NCBI GenBank assembly: GCA_964057225.1 | Contig: CAXKVF010000093.1 | Span: 62,001-126,000 of the forward strand | Length of the DNA stretch: 64,000 nt | Origin: Auanema rhodensis | Taxonomy: Eukaryota > Animalia > Nematoda | Direction of reading: 5' to 3' | In this document: piece after piece, positions 1 to 11,700 of the stretch | Position numbering within the stretch: the first letter of the stretch is position 1 | How the letters are laid out: each line of letters starts with the position of its first letter | Notes under the pieces: generated by a model | The model's database searches: none | Seen by the model: the letters and a program-made list of their open reading frames with translations, nothing else | What the model was told of the DNA's origin: nothing | Position numbers and translations under genes: made by a program

Positions 1-176
1 TTGAAAACCGCATCTCTTTATCTTTCACGTGAAGCGAGTTACATACCAAGTGCACATCACGTGTACATTTAATTAGCATAAATTAAAGTTCACGTAAATT
101 TCAAAGTCATGGTTACCATGCACCAATATCAATAAAAATTTGTTTTTAGACTAATATGGACATGGGGAATCTAATT
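1..176 (+). repeat. Representative consensus monomer (176 bp, 32% GC, 5 CpG)
   Basis: Identical copies occur throughout, e.g. 705-880 and 881-1056. Each monomer has one BstEII (GGTTACC, pos 111), one ApaLI (GTGCAC, pos 50), one BsrGI (TGTACA, pos 62) and two PmlI (CACGTG, pos 26 and 58) sites. The main dimorphism is C/A at pos 121. Confidence 0.97.
23..39 (+). other. CENP-B-box-like 17-mer TTTCACGTGAAGCGAGT, one per monomer, function unproven
   Basis: Matches YTTCGTTGGAARCGGGA at 11/17 positions and 7 of the 9 core positions. Both core mismatches are G to A. Confidence 0.35.
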
Positions 177-182
177 TTGAAA
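99..182. other. 84-bp imperfect inverted repeat centred at pos 140/141 of each monomer
   Basis: TTTCAAA(99-105)/TTTGAAA(176-182), CCATG(116-120)/CATGG(161-165) and TAAAAA(133-138)/TTTTTA(143-148) share one axis (i+j=281). 24 of 40 ungapped positions are Watson-Crick pairs. Confidence 0.7.
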
Positions 183-1056
183 ACCGCATCTCTTTATCTT
201 TCACGTGAAGCGAGTTACATACTAAGTGCACATCACGTGTACATTTAATTAGCATAAATTAAAGTTCACGTAAATTTCAAAGTCATGGTTACCATGAACC
301 AATATCAATAAAAATTTGTTTTTAGACTAATATGGACATGGGGAATCTAATTTTGAAAACCGCATCTCTTTATCTTTCACGTGAAGCGAGTTACATACCA
401 AGTGCACATCACGTGTACATTTAATTAGCATAAATTAAAGTTCACGTAAATTTCAAAGTCATGGTTACCATGAACCAATATCAATAAAAATTTGTTTTTA
501 GACTAATATGGACATGGGGAATCTAATATTGAAAACCGAATCTCTTTATCTTTCACGTGAAGCGAGTTACATACCAAGTGCACATCACGTGTACATTTAA
601 TTAGCATAAATTAAAGTTCACGTAAATTTCAAAGTCATGGTTACCATGCACCAATATCAATAAAAATTTGTTTTTAGACTAATATGGACATGGGGAATCT
701 AATTTTGAAAACCGCATCTCTTTATCTTTCACGTGAAGCGAGTTACATACCAAGTGCACATCACGTGTACATTTAATTAGCATAAATTAAAGTTCACGTA
801 AATTTCAAAGTCATGGTTACCATGCACCAATATCAATAAAAATTTGTTTTTAGACTAATATGGACATGGGGAATCTAATTTTGAAAACCGCATCTCTTTA
901 TCTTTCACGTGAAGCGAGTTACATACCAAGTGCACATCACGTGTACATTTAATTAGCATAAATTAAAGTTCACGTAAATTTCAAAGTCATGGTTACCATG
1001 CACCAATATCAATAAAAATTTGTTTTTAGACTAATATGGACATGGGGAATCTAATT

Positions 1057-1253
1057 TTGAAAACCGCATCTCTTCATCTTTCACGTGAAGCGAGTTACAT
1101 ACCAAGTGAAGCGAGTTACATACCAAGTGCACATCACGTGTACATTTAATTAGCATAAATTAAAGTTCACGTAAATTTCAAAGTCATGGTTACCATGCAC
1201 CAATATCAATAAAAATTTGTTTTTAGACTAATATGGACATGGGGAATCTAATT
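1057..1253 (+). repeat. 197-bp 'long' monomer subfamily (first of 29 copies): tandem duplication of GTGAAGCGAGTTACATACCAA (pos 29-49), always with T19C
   Basis: The two 21-mers lie at 1085-1105 and 1106-1126. Copies start at 1057, 2310, 3387, 4816, 7301, 8026, 9807, 13876, 14601, 17966, 22739, 23992, 25421, 27906, 28631, 40009, 41262, 46658, 47911, 48988, 50417, 51318, 52395, 53824, 56309, 57034, 59519, 60244 and 63609. Confidence 0.96.
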
Positions 1254-4200
1254 TTGAAAACCGCATCTCTTTATCTTTCACGTGAAGCGAGTTACATACC
1301 AAGTGCACATCACGTGTACATTTAATTAGCATAAATTAAAGTTCACGTAAATTTCAAAGTCATGGTTACCATGAACCAATATCAATAAAAATTTGTTTTT
1401 AGACTAATATGGACATGGGGAATCTAATTTTGAAAACCGCATCTCTTTATCTTTCACGTGAAGCGAGTTACATACCAAGTGCACATCACGTGTACATTTA
1501 ATTAGCATTAATTAAAGTTCACGTAAATTTCAAAGTCATGGTTACCATGAACCAATATCAATAAAAATTTGTTTTTAGACTAATATGGACATGGGGAATC
1601 TAATTTTGAAAACCGCATCTCTTTATCTTTCACGTGAAGCGAGTTACATACCAAGTGCACATCACGTGTACATTTAATTAGCATAAATTAAAGTTCACGT
1701 AAATTTCAAAGTCATGGTTACCATGAACCAATATCAATAAAAATTTGTTTTTAGACTAATATGGACATGGGGAATCTAATTTTGAAAACCGCATCTCTTT
1801 ATCTTTCACGTGAAGCGAGTTACATACCAAGTGCACATCACGTGTACATTTAATTAGCATAAATTAAAGTTCACGTAAATTTCAAAGTCATGGTTACCAT
1901 GCACCAATATCAATAAAAATTTGTTTTTAGACTAATATGGACATGGGGAATCTAATTTTGAAAACCGCATCTCTTTATCTTTCACGTGAAGCGAGTTACA
2001 TACCAAGTGCACATCACGTGTACATTTAATTAGCATAAATTAAAGTTCACGTAAATTTCAAAGTCATGGTTACCATGCACCAATATCAATAAAAATTTGT
2101 TTTTAGACTAATATGGACATGGGGAATCTAATTTTGAAAACCGCATCTCTTTATCTTTCACGTGAAGCGAGTTACATACCAAGTGCACATCACGTGTACA
2201 TTTAATTAGCATAAATTAAAGTTCACGTAAATTTCAAAGTCATGGTTACCATGCACCAATATCAATAAAAATTTGTTTTTAGACTAATATGGACATGGGG
2301 AATCTAATTTTGAAAACCGCATCTCTTCATCTTTCACGTGAAGCGAGTTACATACCAAGTGAAGCGAGTTACATACCAAGTGCACATCACGTGTACATTT
2401 AATTAGCATAAATTAAAGTTCACGTAAATTTCAAAGTCATGGTTACCATGCACCAATATCAATAAAAATTTGTTTTTAGACTAATATGGACATGGGGAAT
2501 CTAATTTTGAAAACCGCATCTCTTTATCTTTCACGTGAAGCGAGTTACATACCAAGTGCACATCACGTGTACATTTAATTAGCATAAATTAAAGTTCACG
2601 TAAATTTCAAAGTCATGGTTACCATGAACCAATATCAATAAAAATTTGTTTTTAGACTAATATGGACATGGGGAATCTAATTTTGAAAACCGCATCTCTT
2701 TATCTTTCACGTGAAGCGAGTTACATACCAAGTGCACATCACGTGTACATTTAATTAGCATTAATTAAAGTTCACGTAAATTTCAAAGTCATGGTTACCA
2801 TGAACCAATATCAATAAAAATTTGTTTTTAGACTAATATGGACATGGGGAATCTAATTTTGAAAACCGCATCTCTTTATCTTTCACGTGAAGCGAGTTAC
2901 ATACCAAGTGCACATCACGTGTACATTTAATTAGCATAAATTAAAGTTCACGTAAATTTCAAAGTCATGGTTACCATGAACCAATATCAATAAAAATTTG
3001 TTTTTAGACTAATATGGACATGGGGAATCTAATTTTGAAAACCGCATCTCTTTATCTTTCACGTGAAGCGAGTTACATACCAAGTGCACATCACGTGTAC
3101 ATTTAATTAGCATAAATTAAAGTTCACGTAAATTTCAAAGTCATGGTTACCATGCACCAATATCAATAAAAATTTGTTTTTAGACTAATATGGACATGGG
3201 GAATCTAATTTTGAAAACCGCATCTCTTTATCTTTCACGTGAAGCGAGTTACATACCAAGTGCACATCACGTGTACATTTAATTAGCATAAATTAAAGTT
3301 CACGTAAATTTCAAAGTCATGGTTACCATGCACCAATATCAATAAAAATTTGTTTTTAGACTAATATGGACATGGGGAATCTAATTTTGAAAACCGCATC
3401 TCTTCATCTTTCACGTGAAGCGAGTTACATACCAAGTGAAGCGAGTTACATACCAAGTGCACATCACGTGTACATTTAATTAGCATAAATTAAAGTTCAC
3501 GTAAATTTCAAAGTCATGGTTACCATGCACCAATATCAATAAAAATTTGTTTTTAGACTAATATGGACATGGGGAATCTAATTTTGAAAACCGCATCTCT
3601 TTATCTTTCACGTGAAGCGAGTTACATACCAAGTGCACATCACGTGTACATTTAATTAGCATAAATTAAAGTTCACGTAAATTTCAAAGTCATGGTTACC
3701 ATGAACCAATATCAATAAAAATTTGTTTTTAGACTAATATGGACATGGGGAATCTAATTTTGAAAACCGCATCTCTTTATCTTTCACGTGAAGCGAGTTA
3801 CATACCAAGTGCACATCACGTGTACATTTAATTAGCATTAATTAAAGTTCACGTAAATTTCAAAGTCATGGTTACCATGAACCAATATCAATAAAAATTT
3901 GTTTTTAGACTAATATGGACATGGGGAATCTAATTTTGAAAACCGCATCTCTTTATCTTTCACGTGAAGCGAGTTACATACCAAGTGCACATCACGTGTA
4001 CATTTAATTAGCATAAATTAAAGTTCACGTAAATTTCAAAGTCATGGTTACCATGAACCAATATCAATAAAAATTTGTTTTTAGACTAATATGGACATGG
4101 GGAATCTAATTTTGAAAACCGCATCTCTTTATCTTTCACGTGAAGCGAGTTACATACCAAGTGCACATCACGTGTACATTTAATTAGCATAAATTAAAGT

Positions 4201-5716
4201 TCACGTAAATTTCAAAGTCATGGTTACCATGCACCAATATCAATAAAAATTTGTTTTTAGACTAATATGGACATGGGGAATCTAATTTTGAAAACCGCAT
4301 CTCTTTATCTTTCACGTGAAGCGAGTTACATACCAAGTGCACATCACGTGTACATTTAATTAGCATAAATTAAAGTTCACGTAAATTTCAAAGTCATGGT
4401 TACCATGCACCAATATCAATAAAAATTTGTTTTTAGACTAATATGGACATGGGGAATCTAATTTTGAAAACCGCATCTCTTTATCTTTCACGTGAAGCGA
4501 GTTACATACCAAGTGCACATCACGTGTACATTTAATTAGCATAAATTGAAGTTCACGTAAATTTCAAAGTCATGGTTACCATGCACCAATATCAATAAAA
4601 ATTTGTTTTTAGACTAATATGGACATGGGGAATCTAATTTTGAAAACCGCATCTCTTTATCTTTCACGTGAAGCGAGTTACATACCAAGTGCACATCACG
4701 TGTACATTTAATTAGCATAAATTAAAGTTCACGTAAATTTCAAAGTCATGGTTACCATGCACCAATATCAATAAAAATTTGTTTTTAGACTAATATGGAC
4801 ATGGGGAATCTAATTTTGAAAACCGCATCTCTTCATCTTTCACGTGAAGCGAGTTACATACCAAGTGAAGCGAGTTACATACCAAGTGCACATCACGTGT
4901 ACATTTAATTAGCATAAATTAAAGTTCACGTAAATTTCAAAGTCATGGTTACCATGCACCAATATCAATAAAAATTTGTTTTTAGACTAATATGGACATG
5001 GGGAATCTAATTTTGAAAACCGCATCTCTTTATCTTTCACGTGAAGCGAGTTACATACCAAGTGCACATCACGTGTACATTTAATTAGCATAAATTAAAG
5101 TTCACGTAAATTTCAAAGTCATGGTTACCATGAACCAATATCAATAAAAATTTGTTTTTAGACTAATATGGACATGGGGAATCTAATTTTGAAAACCGCA
5201 TCTCTTTATCTTTCACGTGAAGCGAGTTACATACCAAGTGCACATCACGTGTACATTTAATTAGCATTAATTAAAGTTCACGTAAATTTCAAAGTCATGG
5301 TTACCATGAACCAATATCAATAAAAATTTGTTTTTAGACTAATATGGACATGGGGAATCTAATTTTGAAAACCGCATCTCTTTATCTTTCACGTGAAGCG
5401 AGTTACATACCAAGTGCACATCACGTGTACATTTAATTAGCATAAATTAAAGTTCACGTAAATTTCAAAGTCATGGTTACCATGAACCAATATCAATAAA
5501 AATTTGTTTTTAGACTAATATGGACATGGGGAATCTAATTTTGAAAACCGCATCTCTTTATCTTTCACGTGAAGCGAGTTACATACCAAGTGCACATCAC
5601 GTGTACATTTAATTAGCATAAATTAAAGTTCACGTAAATTTCAAAGTCATGGTTACCATGCACCAATATCAATAAAAATTTGTTTTTAGACTAATATGGA
5701 CATGGGGAATCTAATT
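1057..5716 (+). repeat. Short higher-order repeat domain, 6-8 monomers per unit (long monomer; A121; A80T+A121; A121; then 2-4 C121 monomers)
   Basis: Long monomers are spaced 1253, 1077 and 1429 bp apart (7, 6, 8 monomers), with the same variant order after each. The same pattern occurs at 22739-26321 and, with a few deviating units, at 46658-54724. Confidence 0.88.
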
Positions 5717-8700
5717 TTGAAAACCGCATCTCTTTATCTTTCACGTGAAGCGAGTTACATACTAAGTGCACATCACGTGTACATTTAATTAGCATAAATT
5801 AAAGTTCACGTAAATTTCAAAGTCATGGTTACCATGCACCAATATCAATAAAAATTTGTTTTTAGACTAATATGGACATGGGGAATCTAATTTTGAAAAC
5901 CGCATCTCTTTATCTTTCACGTGAAGCGAGTTACATACCAAGTGCACATCACGTGTACATTTAATTAGCATAAATTAAAGTTCACGTAAATTTCAAAGTC
6001 ATGGTTACCATGAACCAATATCAATAAAAATTTGTTTTTAGACTAATATGGACATGGGGAATCTATTATTGAAAACCGCATCTCTTTATCTTTCACGTGA
6101 AGCGAGTTACATACCAAGTGCACATCACGTGTACATTTAATTAGCATAAATTAAAGTTCACGTAACTTTCAAAGTCATGGTTACCATGCACCAATATCAA
6201 TAAAAATTTGTTTTTAGACTAATATGGACATGGGGAATCTAATTTTGAAAACCGCATCTCTTTATCTTTCACGTGAAGCGAGTTACATACCAAGTGCACA
6301 TCACGTGTACATTTAATTAGCATAAATTAAAGTTCACGTAAATTTCAAAGTCATGGTTACCATGCACCAATATCAATAAAAATTTGTTTTTAGACTAATA
6401 TGGACATGGGGAATCTAATTTTGAAAACCGCATCTCTTTATCTTTCACGTGAAGCGAGTTACATACCAAGTGCACATCACGTGTACATTTAATTAGCATA
6501 AATTAAAGTTCACGTAAATTTCAAAGTCATGGTTACCATGAACCAATATCAATAAAAATTTGTTTTTAGACTAATATGGACATGGGGAATCTAATTTTGA
6601 AAACCGCATCTCGTTATCTTTCACGTGAAGCGAGTTACATACCAAGTGCACATCACGTGTACATTTAATTAGCATAAATTAAAGTTCACGTAAATTTCAA
6701 AGTCATGGTTACCATGCACCAATATCAATAAAAATTTGTTTTTAGACTAATATGGACATGGGGAATCTAATTTTGAAAACCGCATCTCTTTATCTTTCAC
6801 GTGAAGCGAGTTACATACCAAGTGCACATCACGTGTACATTTAATTAGCATAAATTAAAGTTCACGTAAATTTCAAAGTCATGGTTACCATGCACCAATA
6901 TCAATAAAAATTTGTTTTTAGACTAATATGGACATGGGGAATCTAATTTTGAAAACCGCATCTCTTTATCTTACACGTGAAGCGAGTTACATACCAAGTG
7001 CACATCACGTGTACATTTAATTAGCATAAATTAAAGTTCACGTAAATTTCAAAGTCATGGTTACCATGCACCAATATCAATAAAAATTTGTTTTTAGACT
7101 AATATGGACATGGGGAATCTAATTTTGAAAACCGCATCTCTTTATCTTTCACGTGAAGCGAGTTACATACCAAGTGCACATCACGTGTACATTTAATTAG
7201 CATAAATTAAAGTTCACGTAAATTTCAAAGTCATGGTTACCATGCACCAATATCAATAAAAATTTGTTTTTAGACTAATATGGACATGGGGAATCTAATT
7301 TTGAAAACCGCATCTCTTCATCTTTCACGTGAAGCGAGTTACATACCAAGTGAAGCGAGTTACATACCAAGTGCACATCACGTGTACATTTAATTAGCAT
7401 AAATTAAAGTTCACGTAAATTTCAAAGTCATGGTTACCATGCACCAATATCAATAAAAATTTGTTTTTAGACTAATATGGACATGGGGAATCTAATTTTG
7501 AAAACCGCATCTCTTTATCTTTCACGTGAAGCGAGTTACATACCAAGTGCACATCACGTGTACATTTAATTAGCATAAATTAAAGTTCACGTAAATTTCA
7601 AAGTCATGGTTACCATGAACCAATATCAATAAAAATTTGTTTTTAGACTAATATGGACATGGGGAATCTAATTTTGAAAACCGCATCTCTTTATCTTTCA
7701 CGTGAAGCGAGTTACATACCAAGTGCACATCACGTGTACATTTAATTAGCATAAATTAAAGTTCACGTAAATTTCAAAGTCATGGTTACCATGCACCAAT
7801 ATCAATAAAAATTTGTTTTTAGACTAATATGGACATGGGGAATCTAATTTTGAAAACCGCATCTCTTTATCTTTCACGTGAAGCGAGTTACATACCAAGT
7901 GCACATCACGTGTACATTTAATTAGCATAAATTAAAGTTCACGTAAATTTCAAAGTCATGGTTACCATGCACCAATATCAATAAAAATTTGTTTTTAGAC
8001 TAATATGGACATGGGGAATCTAATTTTGAAAACCGCATCTCTTCATCTTTCACGTGAAGCGAGTTACATACCAAGTGAAGCGAGTTACATACCAAGTGCA
8101 CATCACGTGTACATTTAATTAGCATAAATTAAAGTTCACGTAAATTTCAAAGTCATGGTTACCATGAACCAATATCAATAAAAATTTGTTTTTAGACTAA
8201 TATGGACATGGGGAATCTAATTTTGAAAACCGCATCTCTTTATCTTTCACGTGAAGCGAGTTACATACCAAGTGCACATCACGTGTACATTTAATTAGCA
8301 TAAATTAAAGTTCACGTAACTTTCAAAGTCATGGTTACCATGCACCAATATCAATAAAAATTTGTTTTTAGACTAATATGGACATGGGGAATCTAATTTT
8401 GAAAACCGCATCTCTTTATCATTCACGTGAAGCGAGTTACATACCAAGTGCACATCACGTGTACATTTAATTAGCATAAATTAAAGTTCACGTAAATTTC
8501 AAAGTCATGGTTACCATGCACCAATATCAATAAAAATTTGTTTTTAGACTAATATGGACATGGGGAATCTAATTTTGAAAACCGCATCTCTTTATCTTTC
8601 ACGTGAAGCGAGTTACATACCAAGTGCACATCACGTGTACATTTAATTAGCATAAATTAAAGTTCACGTAAATTTGAAAGTCATGGTTACCATGAACCAA

Positions 8701-11700
8701 TATCAATAAAAATTTGTTTTTAGACTAATATGGACATGGGGAATCTAATTTTGAAAACCGCATCTCTTTATCTTTCACGTGAAGCGAGTTACATACCAAG
8801 TGCACATCACGTGTACATTTAATTAGCATAAATTAAAGTTCACGTAAATTTCAAAGTCATGGTTACCATGAACCAATATCAATAAAAATTTGTTTTTAGA
8901 CTAATATGGACATGGGGAATCTAATTTTGAAAACCGCATCTCTTTATCTTTCACGTGAAGCGAGTTACATACCAAGTGCACATCACGTGTACATTTAATT
9001 AGCATAAATTAAAGTTCACGTAAATTTCAAAGTCATGGTTACCATGCACCAATATCAATAAAAATTTGTTTTTAAACTAATATGGACATGGGGAATCTAA
9101 TTTTGAAAACCGCATCTCTTTATCTTTCACGTGAAGCGAGTTACATACCAAGTGCACATCACGTGTACATTTAATTAGCATAAATTAAAGTTCACGTAAA
9201 TTTCAAAGTCATGGTTACCATGCACCAATATCAATAAAAATTTGTTTTTAGACTAATATGGACATGGGGAATCTAATTTTGAAAACCGCATCTCTTTATC
9301 TTTCACGTGAAGCGAGTTACATACCAAGTGCACATCACGTGTACATTTAATTAGCATAAATTAAAGTTCACGTAAATTTCAAAGTCATGGTTACCATGAA
9401 CCAATATCAATAAAAATTTGTTTTTAGACTAATATGGACATGGGGAATCTAATTTTGAAAACCGCATCTCTTTATCTTTCACGTGAAGCGAGTTACATAC
9501 CAAGTGCACATCACGTGTACATTTAATTAGCATAAATTAAAGTTCACGTAAATTTCAAAGTCATGGTTACCATGCACCAATATCAATAAAAATTTGTTTT
9601 TAGACTAATATGGACATGGGGAATCTAATTTTGAAAACCGCATCTCTTTATCTTTCACGTGAAGCGAGTTACATACCAAGTGCACATCACGTGTACATTT
9701 AATTAGCATAAATTAAAGTTCACGTAAATTTCAAAGTCATGGTTACCATGCACCAATATCAATAAAAATTTGTTTTTAGACTAATATGGACATGGGGAAT
9801 CTAATTTTGAAAACCGCATCTCTTCATCTTTCACGTGAAGCGAGTTACATACCAAGTGAAGCGAGTTACATACCAAGTGCACATCACGTGTACATTTAAT
9901 TAGCATAAATTAAAGTTCACGTAAATTTCAAAGTCATGGTTACCATGAACCAATATCAATAAAAATTTGTTTTTAGACTAATATGGACATGGGGAATCTA
10001 ATTTTGAAAACCGCATCTCTTTATCTTTCACGTGAAGCGAGTTACATACCAAGTGCACATCACGTGTACATTTAATTAGCATAAATTAAAGTTCACGTAA
10101 CTTTCAAAGTCATGGTTACCATGCACCAATATCAATAAAAATTTGTTTTTAGACTAATATGGACATGGGGAATCTAATTTTGAAAACCGCATCTCTTTAT
10201 CATTCACGTGAAGCGAGTTACATACCAAGTGCACATCACGTGTACATTTAATTAGCATAAATTAAAGTTCACGTAAATTTCAAAGTCATGGTTACCATGC
10301 ACCAATATCAATAAAAATTTGTTTTTAGACTAATATGGACATGGGGAATCTAATTTTGAAAACCGCATCTCTTTATCTTTCACGTGAAGCGAGTTACATA
10401 CCAAGTGCACATCACGTGTACATTTAATTAGCATAAATTAAAGTTCACGTAAATTTGAAAGTCATGGTTACCATGAACCAATATCAATAAAAATTTGTTT
10501 TTAGACTAATATGGACATGGGGAATCTAATTTTGAAAACCGCATCTCTTTATCTTTCACGTGAAGCGAGTTACATACCAAGTGCACATCACGTGTACATT
10601 TAATTAGCATAAATTAAAGTTCACGTAAATTTCAAAGTCATGGTTACCATGAACCAATATCAATAAAAATTTGTTTTTAGACTAATATGGACATGGGGAA
10701 TCTAATTTTGAAAACCGCATCTCTTTATCTTTCACGTGAAGCGAGTTACATACCAAGTGCACATCACGTGTACATTTAATTAGCATAAATTAAAGTTCAC
10801 GTAAATTTCAAAGTCATGGTTACCATGCACCAATATCAATAAAAATTTGTTTTTAAACTAATATGGACATGGGGAATCTAATTTTGAAAACCGCATCTCT
10901 TTATCTTTCACGTGAAGCGAGTTACATACCAAGTGCACATCACGTGTACATTTAATTAGCATAAATTAAAGTTCACGTAAATTTCAAAGTCATGGTTACC
11001 ATGCACCAATATCAATAAAAATTTGTTTTTAGACTAATATGGACATGGGGAATCTAATTTTGAAAACCGCATCTCTTTATCTTTCACGTGAAGCGAGTTA
11101 CATACCAAGTGCACATCACGTGTACATTTAATTAGCATAAATTAAAGTTCACGTAAATTTCAAAGTCATGGTTACCATGCACCAATATGAATAAAAATTT
11201 GTTTTTAGACTAATATGGACATGGGGAATCTAATTTTGAAAACCGCATCTCCTTATCTTTCACGTGAAGCGAGTTACATACCAAGTGCACATCACGTGTA
11301 CATTTAATTAGCATAAATTAAAGTTCACGTAAATTTCAAAGTCATGGTTACCATGCACCAATATCAATAAAAATTTGTTTTTAGACTAATATGGACATGG
11401 GGAATCTAATTTTGAAAACCGCATCTTTTTATCTTTCACGTGAAGCGAGTTACATACCAAGTGCACATCACGTGTACATTTAATTAGCATTAATTAAAGT
11501 TCACGTAAATTTCAAAGTCATGGTTACCATGAACCAATATCAATAAAAATTTGTTTTTAGTTTAATATGGACATGGGGAATCTAATTTTGAAAACCGCAT
11601 CTCTTTATCTTTCACGTGAAGCGAGTTACATACCAAGTGCACATCACGTGTACATTTAATTAGCATAAATTAAAGTTCACGTAAATTTCAAAGTCATGGT

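Noticed and set aside
131-136. AATAAA polyadenylation signal and nearby hairpin/T-run as a terminator
   Set aside because: Expected by chance in 68% AT sequence, and there is no transcription unit to assign it to.
56-165. Budding-yeast point-centromere mimic: CDEI-like ATCACGTG (56-63), 77-bp spacer, then TGTTTTTAG (141-149) resembling the start of CDEIII
   Set aside because: The essential CDEIII TTCCGAA core is absent, the spacer is far below the >90% AT of CDEII, and point centromeres are not tandemly arrayed. Treated as coincidence.
164-167. G-quadruplex or telomere-like motif from GGGG
   Set aside because: Only one G-run per 176 bp, and no short telomeric repeat.
1-176. Identity with known satellites of similar size (Brassica CentBr 176 bp, Arabidopsis CEN178, primate alpha satellite 171 bp)
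   Set aside because: Only the length is similar. I recognise no shared sequence, and the HindIII AAGCTT site typical of the Brassicaceae repeats is missing. A database search is needed to name the family.
1-176. 5S rRNA, tRNA, snRNA or spliced-leader tandem gene array
   Set aside because: No recognisable 5S or tRNA sequence, Pol III A/B/C boxes or cloverleaf. The unit is uniformly conserved, with no gene-plus-spacer contrast.
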